DNA of 64,000 nt, from the NCBI GenBank assembly GCA_040756015.1, contig JBFMAC010000013.1, positions 6,483 to 70,482 of the forward strand, given 5' to 3'. A program made the position numbers and the translations under genes. The DNA is from Pseudomonadota bacterium. GTDB taxonomy: Bacteria; Pseudomonadota; Gammaproteobacteria; Burkholderiales; JBFMAC01. Position 1 is the stretch's first letter; each line of letters starts with the position of its first letter. The notes beneath the pieces are model-generated. The model had not been told where the DNA came from. It ran no database searches and worked only from the letters and a program-made list of their open reading frames with translations. This document shows positions 37,255 through 47,068 of this stretch, piece by piece.

Positions 37255-38247
37255 TTAAAAACCAGTTTCTGCTTTGGGATCGCGATTGAGCAGCACTTCC
37301 ACCGCAGCCTGCGGCGTCATTTCCTGCTGCAACACCTGGCACACTGCACGCGTGATCGGCATGTCCACACCGTGGCGTTGCGCCAGGCGCAACGCTTCTC
37401 GTGCCGTCAACACGCCCTCGGCAACGTGGCCGAGGCGCGCCAGGATTTCCGGCAGGGGCCAGCCTTCGGCAAGCAGCACGCCGACGCGGCGGTTGCGTGA
37501 TAGTTCGCCGGTGCAGGTGAGGATGAGGTCACCGGCGCCGGCCAACCCCATGAAGGTTTCCGGCCTGCCGCCCAGCCCGGTGCCGAGGCGGGTGATCTCG
37601 GCGAGACCGCGCGTGATCAGGGCGGCGCGCGCGTTGTTGCCGAGGCCGAGCCCATCGCAGATGCCTGCGGCGATGGCCATGACGTTTTTCACCGCGCCAG
37701 CCACTTCCACGCCGGTCACGTCCACGCTCGAATAAAGGCGTAAGCGCGGGCTATGCAGTTGCGCGACCATAGCGGCACCGAAACCGGCATCGCCCGATGC
37801 CAGGGTCAGCGCGGTGGGCAGGCCGCGCGCCACCTCCAGGGCAAAGCTGGGGCCGGACAGGACGCCGCACAGGGTACCCTGTCCCAGCTCCTCCTGCGCG
37901 ATTTGGTTCGGGAATTTTGCGCTGCCGGATTCGAAGCCCTTGCACGCCCAGATCACCGGCGTGCCGCTGCCGCAGGCGCGCATGCTTTTCAAGGTGGTAC
38001 GGAAACCCGCAATCGGCACGGCAACCACCGCGAGGTCGGCGGTCGCAAGGACGGCGCCCAGATCGTTGCTAATGGACAGCGCCGGGGGCAGTTCGCACTC
38101 CGACAGGTAGCGCCGGTTGCGGTGCAGCGCCACCATGTCGGCGCATTGCGCGGCATCGCGCGCCCACAGCGTCACGCCGTGGCGCGGCGCCCAATTCATC
38201 GCCAGGGCGGTGCCCCACGCACCCGCCCCCAGCACCGCGATTTTCAC
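37255..38247 (-). CDS. gpsA: NAD(P)H-dependent glycerol-3-phosphate dehydrogenase
   Basis: GAGAWGTALA, SGPSFA, KNVMAIA and GDLILTC...SRN; GTG start at 38247. Confidence 0.96.
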   Translation of the reverse strand: MKIAVLGAGAWGTALAMNWAPRHGVTLWARDAAQCADMVALHRNRRYLSECELPPALSISNDLGAVLATADLAVVAVPIAGFRTTLKSMRACGSGTPVIWACKGFESGSAKFPNQIAQEELGQGTLCGVLSGPSFALEVARGLPTALTLASGDAGFGAAMVAQLHSPRLRLYSSVDVTGVEVAGAVKNVMAIAAGICDGLGLGNNARAALITRGLAEITRLGTGLGGRPETFMGLAGAGDLILTCTGELSRNRRVGVLLAEGWPLPEILARLGHVAEGVLTAREALRLAQRHGVDMPITRAVCQVLQQEMTPQAAVEVLLNRDPKAETGF

Positions 38248-38678
38248 TGCGCGCCCCACAGTTCGCGCACGCGCGCGTAGCCTTCCTGGCCGTCGCGATG
38301 GCGCACCTTCACCCAGCCGTTGCCGGGCGGTTCGAGTATTTCCAGCACCACGTTCTGCTCGGCCTGGAACGAAAGCCTGGAGTCCTCCGCGGCCTCGACA
38401 CGCACGTCGGCCAGCGGCATTCTCACCAGCGCGGTACGCTGCGCGCTCAACACTCTGTTCTCCACCCAAGCCATCTCGCCGCTGGCGTCGCGCACCTTGC
38501 TCCAGCCCTCGATGCTCACCACCACTTCCAGCGGATAGCCCGCCCCCAGCACGAAAAGCTTTTTCGCCTTGAGGGAGGGGGCGTCGTATAGCACCACCGC
38601 TTCATTCAGGGAGCGAAACTCGAATGCCGCCGCCGGCAGCGCGGCGAGCCACACGATGACAAACAGGAAAAGACGCAT
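38244..38678 (-). CDS. Periplasmic tandem SH3 domain protein
   Basis: Signal peptide and two WxKVR repeats; lies between secB and gpsA. Confidence 0.88.
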   Translation of the reverse strand: MRLFLFVIVWLAALPAAAFEFRSLNEAVVLYDAPSLKAKKLFVLGAGYPLEVVVSIEGWSKVRDASGEMAWVENRVLSAQRTALVRMPLADVRVEAAEDSRLSFQAEQNVVLEILEPPGNGWVKVRHRDGQEGYARVRELWGAQ

Positions 38679-39124
38679 CAATGCGCCGCTTTGGCTTCGG
38701 CCAGTTGTTTCTGGCCCTGCTCGTACAAGGCGCGGAAGTTCATCGGGTTGAGTACCACCGGCGGGAAGCCGGCGCGCGTCACCGTGTCGGAAATGATGTT
38801 GCGCAAATAGGGGAAGAGTATATCCAGGCAGGTGATCGCCAGCATCTGCTCCATGTGCTCCTGCGGCACACCGGTAATGCGGAACAGGCCGGCCTGGGTC
38901 GCCTCGACCAGGAACACCGTCTTTTCTCCGCGCGTGGCGGTGATGGTGGAAGTCAGCCTGACTTCATAGAGGTCGTCCCTGACCGGCACCGCCTCGGTGT
39001 TCAACTGCACGTCCACCTGGGGTGCATCGGACTCGAAAAACACCTGTGGCGCGTTCGGCATCTCCAGGGAAACGTCCTTCACGTACAATTTTTCTATGGC
39101 AAAAGTCTGTTGTGCCTCGCTCAT
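38678..39124 (-). CDS. secB: Protein-export chaperone SecB
   Basis: KLYVKDVSLEMPNAP, QAGLF, ILFPY and GFPP motifs. Confidence 0.96.
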   Translation of the reverse strand: MSEAQQTFAIEKLYVKDVSLEMPNAPQVFFESDAPQVDVQLNTEAVPVRDDLYEVRLTSTITATRGEKTVFLVEATQAGLFRITGVPQEHMEQMLAITCLDILFPYLRNIISDTVTRAGFPPVVLNPMNFRALYEQGQKQLAEAKAAH

Positions 39125-39177
39125 GGTCTTTCCTTGTCAAAACCCGCATTTTACCGCAGCGCATATTTCAAACATAA

Positions 39178-39606
39178 TCAAACATAGTCGGCCAGCCAGT
39201 GGCGCAGGCCGGCAACGTCCATCGCCCCGGCGCTGCGCCCGATTTCCTCACCGTGCCTGAACACCAGCAGGCTGGGTATGCTGCGGATACCGAATCGCTG
39301 CGCAAGCTGCGGCTCGGCCTCGGTGTCGAGCTTGGCGAAGCGCGCGCGCAGCGGCATTTCGCCCGCAACCCGCGCGAACACGGGCGCCATCACGCGGCAC
39401 GGCCCGCACCACGCCGCCCAGAAATCCACCACCAGCGGCAGACCGTCATCGCGGGAAAATTTGTCAAAGCGCGCCGCATCCAGCGCCAAGACTTCGCCGT
39501 CCAGCAGCCGGGCGCCGCACTTGCCGCATTTCGGCGCCTCGCCGAGCCGCTCCTCGGCTACGCGATTCACCGTCAGACAGGCAGGACAGACCAAGTGCAT
39601 ACTCAT
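39178..39606 (-). CDS. trxC: Thioredoxin 2
   Basis: N-terminal CPAC/CGKC zinc finger plus WCGPC. Confidence 0.93.
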   Translation of the reverse strand: MSMHLVCPACLTVNRVAEERLGEAPKCGKCGARLLDGEVLALDAARFDKFSRDDGLPLVVDFWAAWCGPCRVMAPVFARVAGEMPLRARFAKLDTEAEPQLAQRFGIRSIPSLLVFRHGEEIGRSAGAMDVAGLRHWLADYV

Positions 39607-39630
39607 ACTCCCGTTACATCGTTACGCTCG

Positions 39631-39888
39631 CTACACTCCCAACAAGGCGTCGAGCTCGCCAGCGCGCTCCAGTTCGGACAGGTCATCGAAACCGCCAACG
39701 TGACGTTCGCCGATGTAAATTTGCGGCACGGTGCGACGACCGGTTTTTTGCGTCATTTCCTGCCGGCGGGTCGCATCGAGATCGACGCGGATCTTGTCGA
39801 TCTCGGCAACGCCCTTGGAGCGCAGCAGCCGCTCGGCCATCACGCAATAAGGGCACACCGCCGTGCAGTACATGCTCACTTTCGCCAT
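39631..39888 (-). CDS. grxC: Glutaredoxin 3
   Basis: CPYC, TVPQI and GGFDD motifs. Confidence 0.95.
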   Translation of the reverse strand: MAKVSMYCTAVCPYCVMAERLLRSKGVAEIDKIRVDLDATRRQEMTQKTGRRTVPQIYIGERHVGGFDDLSELERAGELDALLGV

Positions 39889-40304
39889 CACTTCTGCACC
39901 GGCAGCCCGGCAGCCTCCCAAGCCATGATGCCGCCCTTGAGATTGCGCACCTGTGTGAAACCCTGCTTGCGCAGGGTGGCGCAAGCGCTCGCCGAACGCT
40001 GGCCGCTGCGGCAATACACCACCACCGGTTTCTGCTTGTATTTTTCGATTTCGCCCAGCCTGTCCTTCAGCTTGCCGAGCGGGATGTGGCGGCTGTTGGG
40101 TAGATGGCCGGCGGCATACTCGTGGTTCTCGCGCACATCCAGCAGCAATGCATCCTTCTGGTTGATCAATTGCGTCGCTTCCAGCGTGCCCACACTGTCG
40201 CCCGGCATGAGCAGGCTGCGCAACATCGGCCAGAACAGCATGCCCCCACTCACCACTGCGATCAGGATCAACCACAAATTATTTTGCACGAACTGCACTT
40301 GCAT
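39888..40304 (-). CDS. Rhodanese-like domain protein (YibN-like)
   Basis: N-terminal TM, LDVRE, GHLP, CRSGQRS active-site loop and LKGGI..W. Confidence 0.92.
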   Translation of the reverse strand: MQVQFVQNNLWLILIAVVSGGMLFWPMLRSLLMPGDSVGTLEATQLINQKDALLLDVRENHEYAAGHLPNSRHIPLGKLKDRLGEIEKYKQKPVVVYCRSGQRSASACATLRKQGFTQVRNLKGGIMAWEAAGLPVQK

Positions 40305-42075
40305 TCTCCTCCTGCTGCATCCATTCCAACATGCCGGCAAACCTGGCCGGCTCCTTTTCCGCAAGCTGCCGCAGCGACATTGCGAACACCTTTAAATGAT
40401 CTGGATAAGCGCGCGCCGCGCGTTCCAGCTGCCGGCGCGCCGCCTCGTCCTCGCCTGCCAGGGCCAGCAGCACCGCCTGGCGATAGACTGCATCGCCGAC
40501 CGGCGCGAAGCGCATGGCGCGCGTGTTCAAGTCGAGCTTGTCGCGCAGATGGTCCCGATCCAGGGTTATCGCGCCGGCATAGGCCAGTTCGATATACGGC
40601 GTCAGCAGCGACTCCTGGTGAATTTTCATCAGCGCCGCATGCTTTCCGGCCAGATTGGCGCCATCGGCCCGCGCCTGCGAAGCGCTATCATAACGCGCGA
40701 ACAGCATGCCCTCCAAACTACGGTAATTCGATTCCAGGTTGAAAGCCGCCGCCGCGCCAAACGCCAGCATCAGCACCATCGCCGGGCGGCCGATGCGGCG
40801 CAGGTCGATACGGACTCCATGCGCTTCACCGGCACCGAGCAGGAACGCGGCGATGCCGAGGAAATACGCGAACCACAGCGGCGCTTCCAGCAGGCTGTGT
40901 ATCAGCAATACCGCCATGAGCGTAAGCAGCCACCAGCGCTCCACTCCCACCGCAGCGCGGCGCAGGCCCAGCAGCCAGTAGCCCAGGCCCAGCAGCACGG
41001 GAACCAGCCCGGCCAGGCCGGTTTCCGCGGCCAACTGGGCGACGAAGTTGTGCGCATGGCTGTACCAACCGGTCACGCTGCTCGCGTTCAACTGTTCCAG
41101 CCAGCTGAAATGCTGCCAGGGAAACTGCCCCCAGCCCAAGCCGAGCAGGGGCGCTTGCAGGAACATACGCCAAGCCTCGCTCCACAAATAAAAACGTATA
41201 CTCCCGGAAGGATCCTCAGCCTGCATCAGCAGGCGCTGTGCCGCAGTCAACACCGGCGAGTGCGCAGGAGCCAGGGCCGGCAACTGGGCCAGCACCTGTG
41301 CCAGGACGAAACCCGCCAGCAGCGCCAGTGCGCCATACCAGGCACGCCGGCTCGCCGCGCTGCCTTCGGCGCGGTGCCAACCTGCGGCGGACGCCGCAAT
41401 CGCAAACAGGTAAAGCCAGCTGCTGCGCGACCCGGACAGCGCCATCGTGAACAGTAGCAAGGCGGCGCAGGGAACCAGGAACGCCTTGCGCAGCAAACCA
41501 CGGGCGTGCAGGAACAGCGCGGAAACCAGCGCCAGTGCCAGGTAATCGGCAAAATGGTTGGGCTGCGCCAGATTGCCGTAAACCGAGCTTGAAACCTTCA
41601 TGCTGACCACGGCATCAAAAATCGTGTGCCAGTTGTAATGCTGCAACAGCCCGGCCAATGCATTGAGCACCCCTCCGGCAAGCAGGAACACGGCCAGCGT
41701 GTGTGCCAATTTTTCCCAGCCGAACTCGGCCTTGAGCACGTGGCCCAGCACCATCAGGCCGCAGGCCCACAGCAGGTAGAGTTCGGCGAGCAGTATCTGC
41801 TGCGGATAAGGCGCCATGCCCAGCGCCAGTTGCCCCAGCAGCACCGCGAACAAGGCCAGCGGCACGAGAGCGATGCGCGGCAGGGAAAAATCCTCCCACC
41901 AACGGCGCTGCACCAGCAGCCCCAGCGCCGCCAGCCCCAGCAGCGCCGCCAGCCACTCTCCGTAAAAACCGGGCAGCGGGTAATTGTGGTGGTATTGCAG
42001 GAAGGGCAGGCTGAACATCAGTCCGACGAAAAGCAGGCTGATGAAAGCCCAGCGCTGCGCCGGCACGCTCAGCAA
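40279..42075 (-). CDS. pglL: PglL-type O-oligosaccharyltransferase (Wzy_C)
   Basis: GNLAQPNH, SGSRS, GLGWGQF, HAHN..QLAAETG and HSLLEAPLW motifs; start uncertain. Confidence 0.85.
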   Translation of the reverse strand: MLSVPAQRWAFISLLFVGLMFSLPFLQYHHNYPLPGFYGEWLAALLGLAALGLLVQRRWWEDFSLPRIALVPLALFAVLLGQLALGMAPYPQQILLAELYLLWACGLMVLGHVLKAEFGWEKLAHTLAVFLLAGGVLNALAGLLQHYNWHTIFDAVVSMKVSSSVYGNLAQPNHFADYLALALVSALFLHARGLLRKAFLVPCAALLLFTMALSGSRSSWLYLFAIAASAAGWHRAEGSAASRRAWYGALALLAGFVLAQVLAQLPALAPAHSPVLTAAQRLLMQAEDPSGSIRFYLWSEAWRMFLQAPLLGLGWGQFPWQHFSWLEQLNASSVTGWYSHAHNFVAQLAAETGLAGLVPVLLGLGYWLLGLRRAAVGVERWWLLTLMAVLLIHSLLEAPLWFAYFLGIAAFLLGAGEAHGVRIDLRRIGRPAMVLMLAFGAAAAFNLESNYRSLEGMLFARYDSASQARADGANLAGKHAALMKIHQESLLTPYIELAYAGAITLDRDHLRDKLDLNTRAMRFAPVGDAVYRQAVLLALAGEDEAARRQLERAARAYPDHLKVFAMSLRQLAEKEPARFAGMLEWMQQEENASAVRAK

Positions 42076-42290
42076 GATGTGCAGCTTTCCTCTGTGATCC
42101 CCAGCCGCTTGAGGAAGGTGTCGAGCGGGCAGAAGCGCGTGAACCCGCTCTGCATCAGGTTGAAGCCGACGAAGGCGGTGAACCACAGCCAGTTGGCGCT
42201 ATGGTAGAGCGGGCTCGCCTCCATCCCCAGCGCCAGGGACAGCAGCACGAAAAATCCGGCGACGATGCGCACGATGCGATTGATGGTCAT
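42069..42290 (-). CDS. DUF2892 (YgaP-like) small membrane protein
   Basis: RIVRIVAG and FVGFNLMQSGFTRFCP motifs. Confidence 0.9.
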   Translation of the reverse strand: MTINRIVRIVAGFFVLLSLALGMEASPLYHSANWLWFTAFVGFNLMQSGFTRFCPLDTFLKRLGITEESCTSC

Positions 42291-42314
42291 GGATCACTCC
42301 TGGTTGAAAAAATT

Positions 42315-45300
42315 CTAGCCTAACTTGGCCTGCTCGAACTTGCGATAATTCACGGCATAGTACAGCACCGGGATCACCAGCAGCGTGAGCAAGGTGGAAA
42401 CGAGAATGCCGAATATCAAGGAGATCGCCAGGCCGTTGAAGATCGGGTCGTCGAGGATAAAAAAGGCGCCCAGCATCGCCGCCAGCCCGGTCAGCACGAT
42501 GGGCTTGGCGCGCGCCGCACCGGCGCGCACCACCGCCTCCTCGAAAGCGACGCCCTGCGCCACTTGCAGGTTGATGAAGTCCACCAGCAGAATGGAATTG
42601 CGCACGATGATACCGGCCAGCGCGATCATGCCTATCATCGAGGTCGCGGTGAACTGCGCACCGAGCAGGGCATGTCCGGGCATCACGCCGATGATGGTGA
42701 GCGGGATCGGCGCCATGATAATGAGCGGCGTAACATAAGAACCGAACTGCGCCACCACCAACAGGTAGATCAGCACCAGCCCGACCGCATAGGCCAGCCC
42801 CATGTCGCGGAAGGTCTCGTAAGTCACCTGCCACTCGCCGTCCCACTTCATGGCGTAACCAGCATAGGGATCCTGCGGCTGCCCGAAGAAATATTCGCGC
42901 AGCCTGCCGCCCTCGGCGAGTTCGCCGCGCATGGCGAACATGCCGTACAGCGGCGAATCTAGCTTGCCCGCCATGTCGCCGACCACATACACCACCGGTA
43001 ACAGGTCCTTGTGGTAGATGGCCTTCTCGCGCGTCAGCGGCACCACCTGCACCAGCTCGGACAACGGCACCAGCGCGCCGTCACGCGCACGCACCGTGAG
43101 CTTGAGCAGTTCGTCGAGACTGCCCTGGCGCTCCGGCGGCAGGGTGACGCGCACCGGTATCTCGTACTTGGCCGCACCGCTATGGATGGGCGTCACGTTC
43201 TCGCCGGACAACCCCATGCGCATCGCCTCCACCACGTCCTTCTGCGCCACGCCCAGCAACGCCGCCTTGTTCTGCAACACGCGCATGGTGATCTTCTGCG
43301 CGTTCTCTTCCACGCTGTCGTCGATGCCGACGATGTCGGCGGTCTTGCCGAACACCTCGTGCACCCGCTGCGCCACGCGCATCTGGCCTTCGTAATCCGG
43401 TCCGTAGATTTCCGCGACGATGGGCGACATCACCGGCGGGCCTGGCGGCACTTCCACGACCTTCACCTTGGCGCCGAGGCGGCCGGCTATTTCCTCTATG
43501 CGCGGACGCACCGCCTGCGCGATTTCATGACTGCTGCGCTCGCGCTGGTGCTTGTCGGTCAGGTTCACCTGGATGTCGCCCACTTCCGGCCCGGCGCGCA
43601 GGTAGTACTGGCGCACCAACCCGTTGAAGTTGATCGGGCTGGCGGTGCCGGCGTAAGCCTGGTAATCGGTCACCTCGGGAACGGTGGCAAGATGCGCACC
43701 GATTTCGCGCAACACGCGCGCCGTCTGCTCCAGCGGCGTGCCCACCGGCATATCCACCACCACCTGGAATTCCGACTTGTTATCGAACGGCAGCATTTTC
43801 AGCACCACCAGTTTCACCGCCGCCAGCGACAGCGCCACCAGGATCGCGATAACGATGGCGCGCCACAGTTTCTTGCGCATCGCCGCACCCTGTTCGCGGC
43901 GCAGGAGCGGCGCCAGCTTGGCGCGGAACAGGTTGTACAGCCTGCCGCCCTGCGCGTCGCCGTGATGTACGCCGCGCCCGAGCAGCTTGAGCGCCAGCCA
44001 GGGCGTCACGATAAACGCCACCGCCAGAGAAATCAGCATGCCTATGCTGGCGTTGATCGGGATCGGACTCATGTACGGCCCCATCAAACCACTGACGAAA
44101 GCCATCGGCAGCAGCGCCGCGATCACGGTGAAGGTGGCCAGGATGGTCGGCCCGCCGACTTCGTCCACCGCCTGCGGGATCACTTCGGCGAGCGGCGCCT
44201 GATCCATTGTACGCCGGCGGTGAATGTTTTCCACTACCACGATGGCGTCATCGACCAGGATACCGATGGAAAAAATCAGCGCGAACAGCGACACGCGGTT
44301 GAGGGTAAAGCCCCACGCCCAGGAGGCAAACAGGGTTGCCGCCAGCGTCAGCAGCACGGCAATGCCGACGATGGCCGCCTCGCGCCGCCCCAGCGCGAAC
44401 CAGACCAGCGCCACCACCGAGACGGTGGCGAAGATCAGCTTCTGGATCAGCTTCATCGCCTTGTCGTTGGCGGTCTCGCCGTAATTGCGCGTGACGGTGA
44501 CCTCGACTCCCGCCGGGATGATGCTGCCCTTGAGCTGCTCGATGCGCGTGATCGCCTTTTCGGCCACCGACACCGCGTTCTCGCCCGGCTTCTTCGACAG
44601 CGCCAGCGTGACCGCGGGGAATTCACCGCGCTGTGCAACCCCCTTCTGCCCCGCCGCCTGCCCGGCTCCGAACCAGGCATAGCGCACGGGCTGGTCGGGG
44701 CCGTCCTCGACGCGCGCGATATCAGTAATGAACACCGGCTGCCCCTCTTGCACGCCTACCACCAGTTGCTTGACGTCGGTCGCGCTCTCCAGGAAGGTGC
44801 CAGTCTGCACTAGAATCTCGCGGTTGTCGGCGACCAGCGCACCGGCGGGCTGCGAAGCGTTGCTTACCTGCAATGCATCGCGGATATCCTGCGCGGAAAT
44901 CTGGTGCGCGTGCATGCGCTCGGCATCCATCACCACCCGCACCACGTGGCCGGTCGCGCCTATGGTCTTCACTTCGCGCGTGCCGGGAATGCGCTTCAGT
45001 TCGGCTTCGAGCGCATGCGCCACCTGCTGCAAATCGAAGGCACCGCGCGTCGCATCCTCGGTCCACAGCGTCAGACTGACGATGGGCACGTCGTCTATGC
45101 CCACCGGTTTGATGATGGGCTCGCCTACGCCCAGTTCGGGTGACACCCAATCACGGTGCGACTGGATGGTGTCGTACAAACGCACCAGCGACTGGATGCG
45201 ATCCTCGCCCACCTGATATTGCACGGTCAGAATCGCCATGCCCGGGCGCGACACCGAATACACATGCTCAATGCCGGAAATCTGCGAGAGCACCTGCTCG

Positions 45301-45551
45301 GCAGGCGTAGCCACCAGGCTTTCGACGTCCCTGGCGGAAGCGCCCGGAAAGGGAATGAACACGTTGGCCATGGTGACGTTGATCTGTGGCTCTTCCTCAC
45401 GCGGCGTCACCAGCACCGCGAACAGGCCGAGCAGCGCCAGCACCAACGCAATCAGCGGCGTCAGTTTCGAATACAGGAAAAATTTTGCGATGCGGCCGGA
45501 GATACCCATTTTCAAGGGACTAGGGGCTAGATGTGGGGGGCTGTTCTCCAC
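42315..45551 (-). CDS. RND efflux permease
   Basis: PREEEPQI, LVDDAIVVVENI, RNSILLVDF and RAKPIVLT; start may instead be ATG 45509. Confidence 0.93.
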   Translation of the reverse strand: MENSPPHLAPSPLKMGISGRIAKFFLYSKLTPLIALVLALLGLFAVLVTPREEEPQINVTMANVFIPFPGASARDVESLVATPAEQVLSQISGIEHVYSVSRPGMAILTVQYQVGEDRIQSLVRLYDTIQSHRDWVSPELGVGEPIIKPVGIDDVPIVSLTLWTEDATRGAFDLQQVAHALEAELKRIPGTREVKTIGATGHVVRVVMDAERMHAHQISAQDIRDALQVSNASQPAGALVADNREILVQTGTFLESATDVKQLVVGVQEGQPVFITDIARVEDGPDQPVRYAWFGAGQAAGQKGVAQRGEFPAVTLALSKKPGENAVSVAEKAITRIEQLKGSIIPAGVEVTVTRNYGETANDKAMKLIQKLIFATVSVVALVWFALGRREAAIVGIAVLLTLAATLFASWAWGFTLNRVSLFALIFSIGILVDDAIVVVENIHRRRTMDQAPLAEVIPQAVDEVGGPTILATFTVIAALLPMAFVSGLMGPYMSPIPINASIGMLISLAVAFIVTPWLALKLLGRGVHHGDAQGGRLYNLFRAKLAPLLRREQGAAMRKKLWRAIVIAILVALSLAAVKLVVLKMLPFDNKSEFQVVVDMPVGTPLEQTARVLREIGAHLATVPEVTDYQAYAGTASPINFNGLVRQYYLRAGPEVGDIQVNLTDKHQRERSSHEIAQAVRPRIEEIAGRLGAKVKVVEVPPGPPVMSPIVAEIYGPDYEGQMRVAQRVHEVFGKTADIVGIDDSVEENAQKITMRVLQNKAALLGVAQKDVVEAMRMGLSGENVTPIHSGAAKYEIPVRVTLPPERQGSLDELLKLTVRARDGALVPLSELVQVVPLTREKAIYHKDLLPVVYVVGDMAGKLDSPLYGMFAMRGELAEGGRLREYFFGQPQDPYAGYAMKWDGEWQVTYETFRDMGLAYAVGLVLIYLLVVAQFGSYVTPLIIMAPIPLTIIGVMPGHALLGAQFTATSMIGMIALAGIIVRNSILLVDFINLQVAQGVAFEEAVVRAGAARAKPIVLTGLAAMLGAFFILDDPIFNGLAISLIFGILVSTLLTLLVIPVLYYAVNYRKFEQAKLG

Positions 45552-46560
45552 CCCCTTTCAACAAGATGCCTGCCTTGACCGGATCGAGCGCGACGTTCTC
45601 ACCGACCACCACGCCGGCGAGCACTTCGATCAACCCATGCCCGGCCGGCTCGCCCAGTCGCACCTGGCGCAACTGCGGCCGGCCTTGCGTATCGACGACA
45701 TACACCGCGCTCACCTCGCTGCGACGCAGTACCGCAGACACCGGGATCACCAGCTTACGCGCGCGCCCGACGCTAAAATGCGCGCGCACATACATGCCGG
45801 GCTGCACGCCACGCAGGTCAGCGGGCAGATCTAGGCGCACGCGCGTGGTGTGGGTCCGAACGTCGGCCGCAGGCAGTACCGTCACCGCCGCAGCCTTGAC
45901 CCATTTGTCGAGCGTGGCGATCTCTATCATGGCGGAAGCGGAACGCCGCACCGCGTCCAGCTTGTATTGGGGAATGGACACCTCGACGCGCAGGTCGCGC
46001 GGATCGAAACCGGTGAACAGGGGCTTGCCGGGCGAAGCCATCTCACCCAGCTCGACATGGCGCGCCGCCACTACTCCGCTATACGGGGCCACGATGGTGG
46101 CGTAGCCCTTCACCGTTTCCGCCTGGCCGGCGCCGGCTAGCGTGGCCTTAGCCTGCGCCTGCGCCGCCTGGTATTCGGCCTGGGCCTTGTCGAGCGCGGC
46201 CTGGCTGACGAACTTCTGCTCGAACAACTGACGGGTGCGCTCGTAGTGCGCGCGCGCGTTAGCCAGGTTGGCCTGCGCCTGCGCCGCCTGCGCCTGGCTG
46301 CCGGCCACCGCCTGGCTCGCCTCGCGCGCGTCGATGCGGGCGATCACCTGGCCTTTCTGTACATAATCGCCGACATCGAAATTCAGCTCGACCACGCGCC
46401 CGGCAATCTGCGCCGCCACCGTGGACTGGCGCACGGCCTCGATCAGGCCGTCAACAGCATAAGTCTGGTCGACTTCGCGGTATTGTACGTTGACGCTGTC
46501 CAACGTTTCCGCCCGCGCCAGTGCAACCCACAGCAGACACCCCAGCAACAGGATACGCAT
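45520..46560 (-). CDS. RND periplasmic adaptor subunit
   Basis: AQIAGRV, VGDYVQKGQ, APYSGVV and PGMY motifs. Confidence 0.93.
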   Translation of the reverse strand: MRILLLGCLLWVALARAETLDSVNVQYREVDQTYAVDGLIEAVRQSTVAAQIAGRVVELNFDVGDYVQKGQVIARIDAREASQAVAGSQAQAAQAQANLANARAHYERTRQLFEQKFVSQAALDKAQAEYQAAQAQAKATLAGAGQAETVKGYATIVAPYSGVVAARHVELGEMASPGKPLFTGFDPRDLRVEVSIPQYKLDAVRRSASAMIEIATLDKWVKAAAVTVLPAADVRTHTTRVRLDLPADLRGVQPGMYVRAHFSVGRARKLVIPVSAVLRRSEVSAVYVVDTQGRPQLRQVRLGEPAGHGLIEVLAGVVVGENVALDPVKAGILLKGGGEQPPTSSP

Positions 46561-46582
46561 AAGCCCCCCGTCAAAAGACGAG

Positions 46583-46600
46583 TATTAGAATAATCTAATA
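46583..46600. promoter_or_regulatory. Palindromic operator upstream of the RND genes (candidate ArsR box)
   Basis: Perfect TATTAGA-ataa-TCTAATA 22 nt upstream of the adaptor ATG. Confidence 0.65.
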
Positions 46601-46652
46601 TTTACGGTAAAGCAAGGCATTGAACTGAAGATAGCAGATTACGGGAAGAAAA

Positions 46653-46982
46653 TTATTGGCTGAAACCGCAGAACACGTCACGCATCATGCCGATCAACTG
46701 CAAGGTGCGGGCATCGGCGATGCGGTAATAGACGCGGTTGGCATCCTTGCGCGTGCGCAGCACGCCTTTGTCGCGCAGGATGGCGAGATGCTGGGAAATG
46801 TTGCTCTGCGAGGTGCCGACGCTGTCGACGATGTCCTGCACGCTCACCTCGCGGTCGCCCAGGACACAGAGGATTTTCAGGCGCAAGGGATGTGACATCG
46901 CCTTCATCGCACGCGATGCCTGCTCGATGTGCTCGTCCTCCTTGATCAGGTCGGCACGGCTGAAATTGACGCTGCTACCCAT
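46653..46982 (-). CDS. ArsR family regulator, BigR/SqrR/YgaV-like (two Cys)
   Basis: SHPLRLKILC, SQSNISQHL and C-terminal VFC. Confidence 0.9.
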   Translation of the reverse strand: MGSSVNFSRADLIKEDEHIEQASRAMKAMSHPLRLKILCVLGDREVSVQDIVDSVGTSQSNISQHLAILRDKGVLRTRKDANRVYYRIADARTLQLIGMMRDVFCGFSQ

Positions 46983-47068
46983 ACACTCTGCATGAACTTA
47001 GTAATCGACACCAAAATATTATAAAATAAGGCGAATCTTAATGTACGGAATATTTAAAACAAAGCCGC

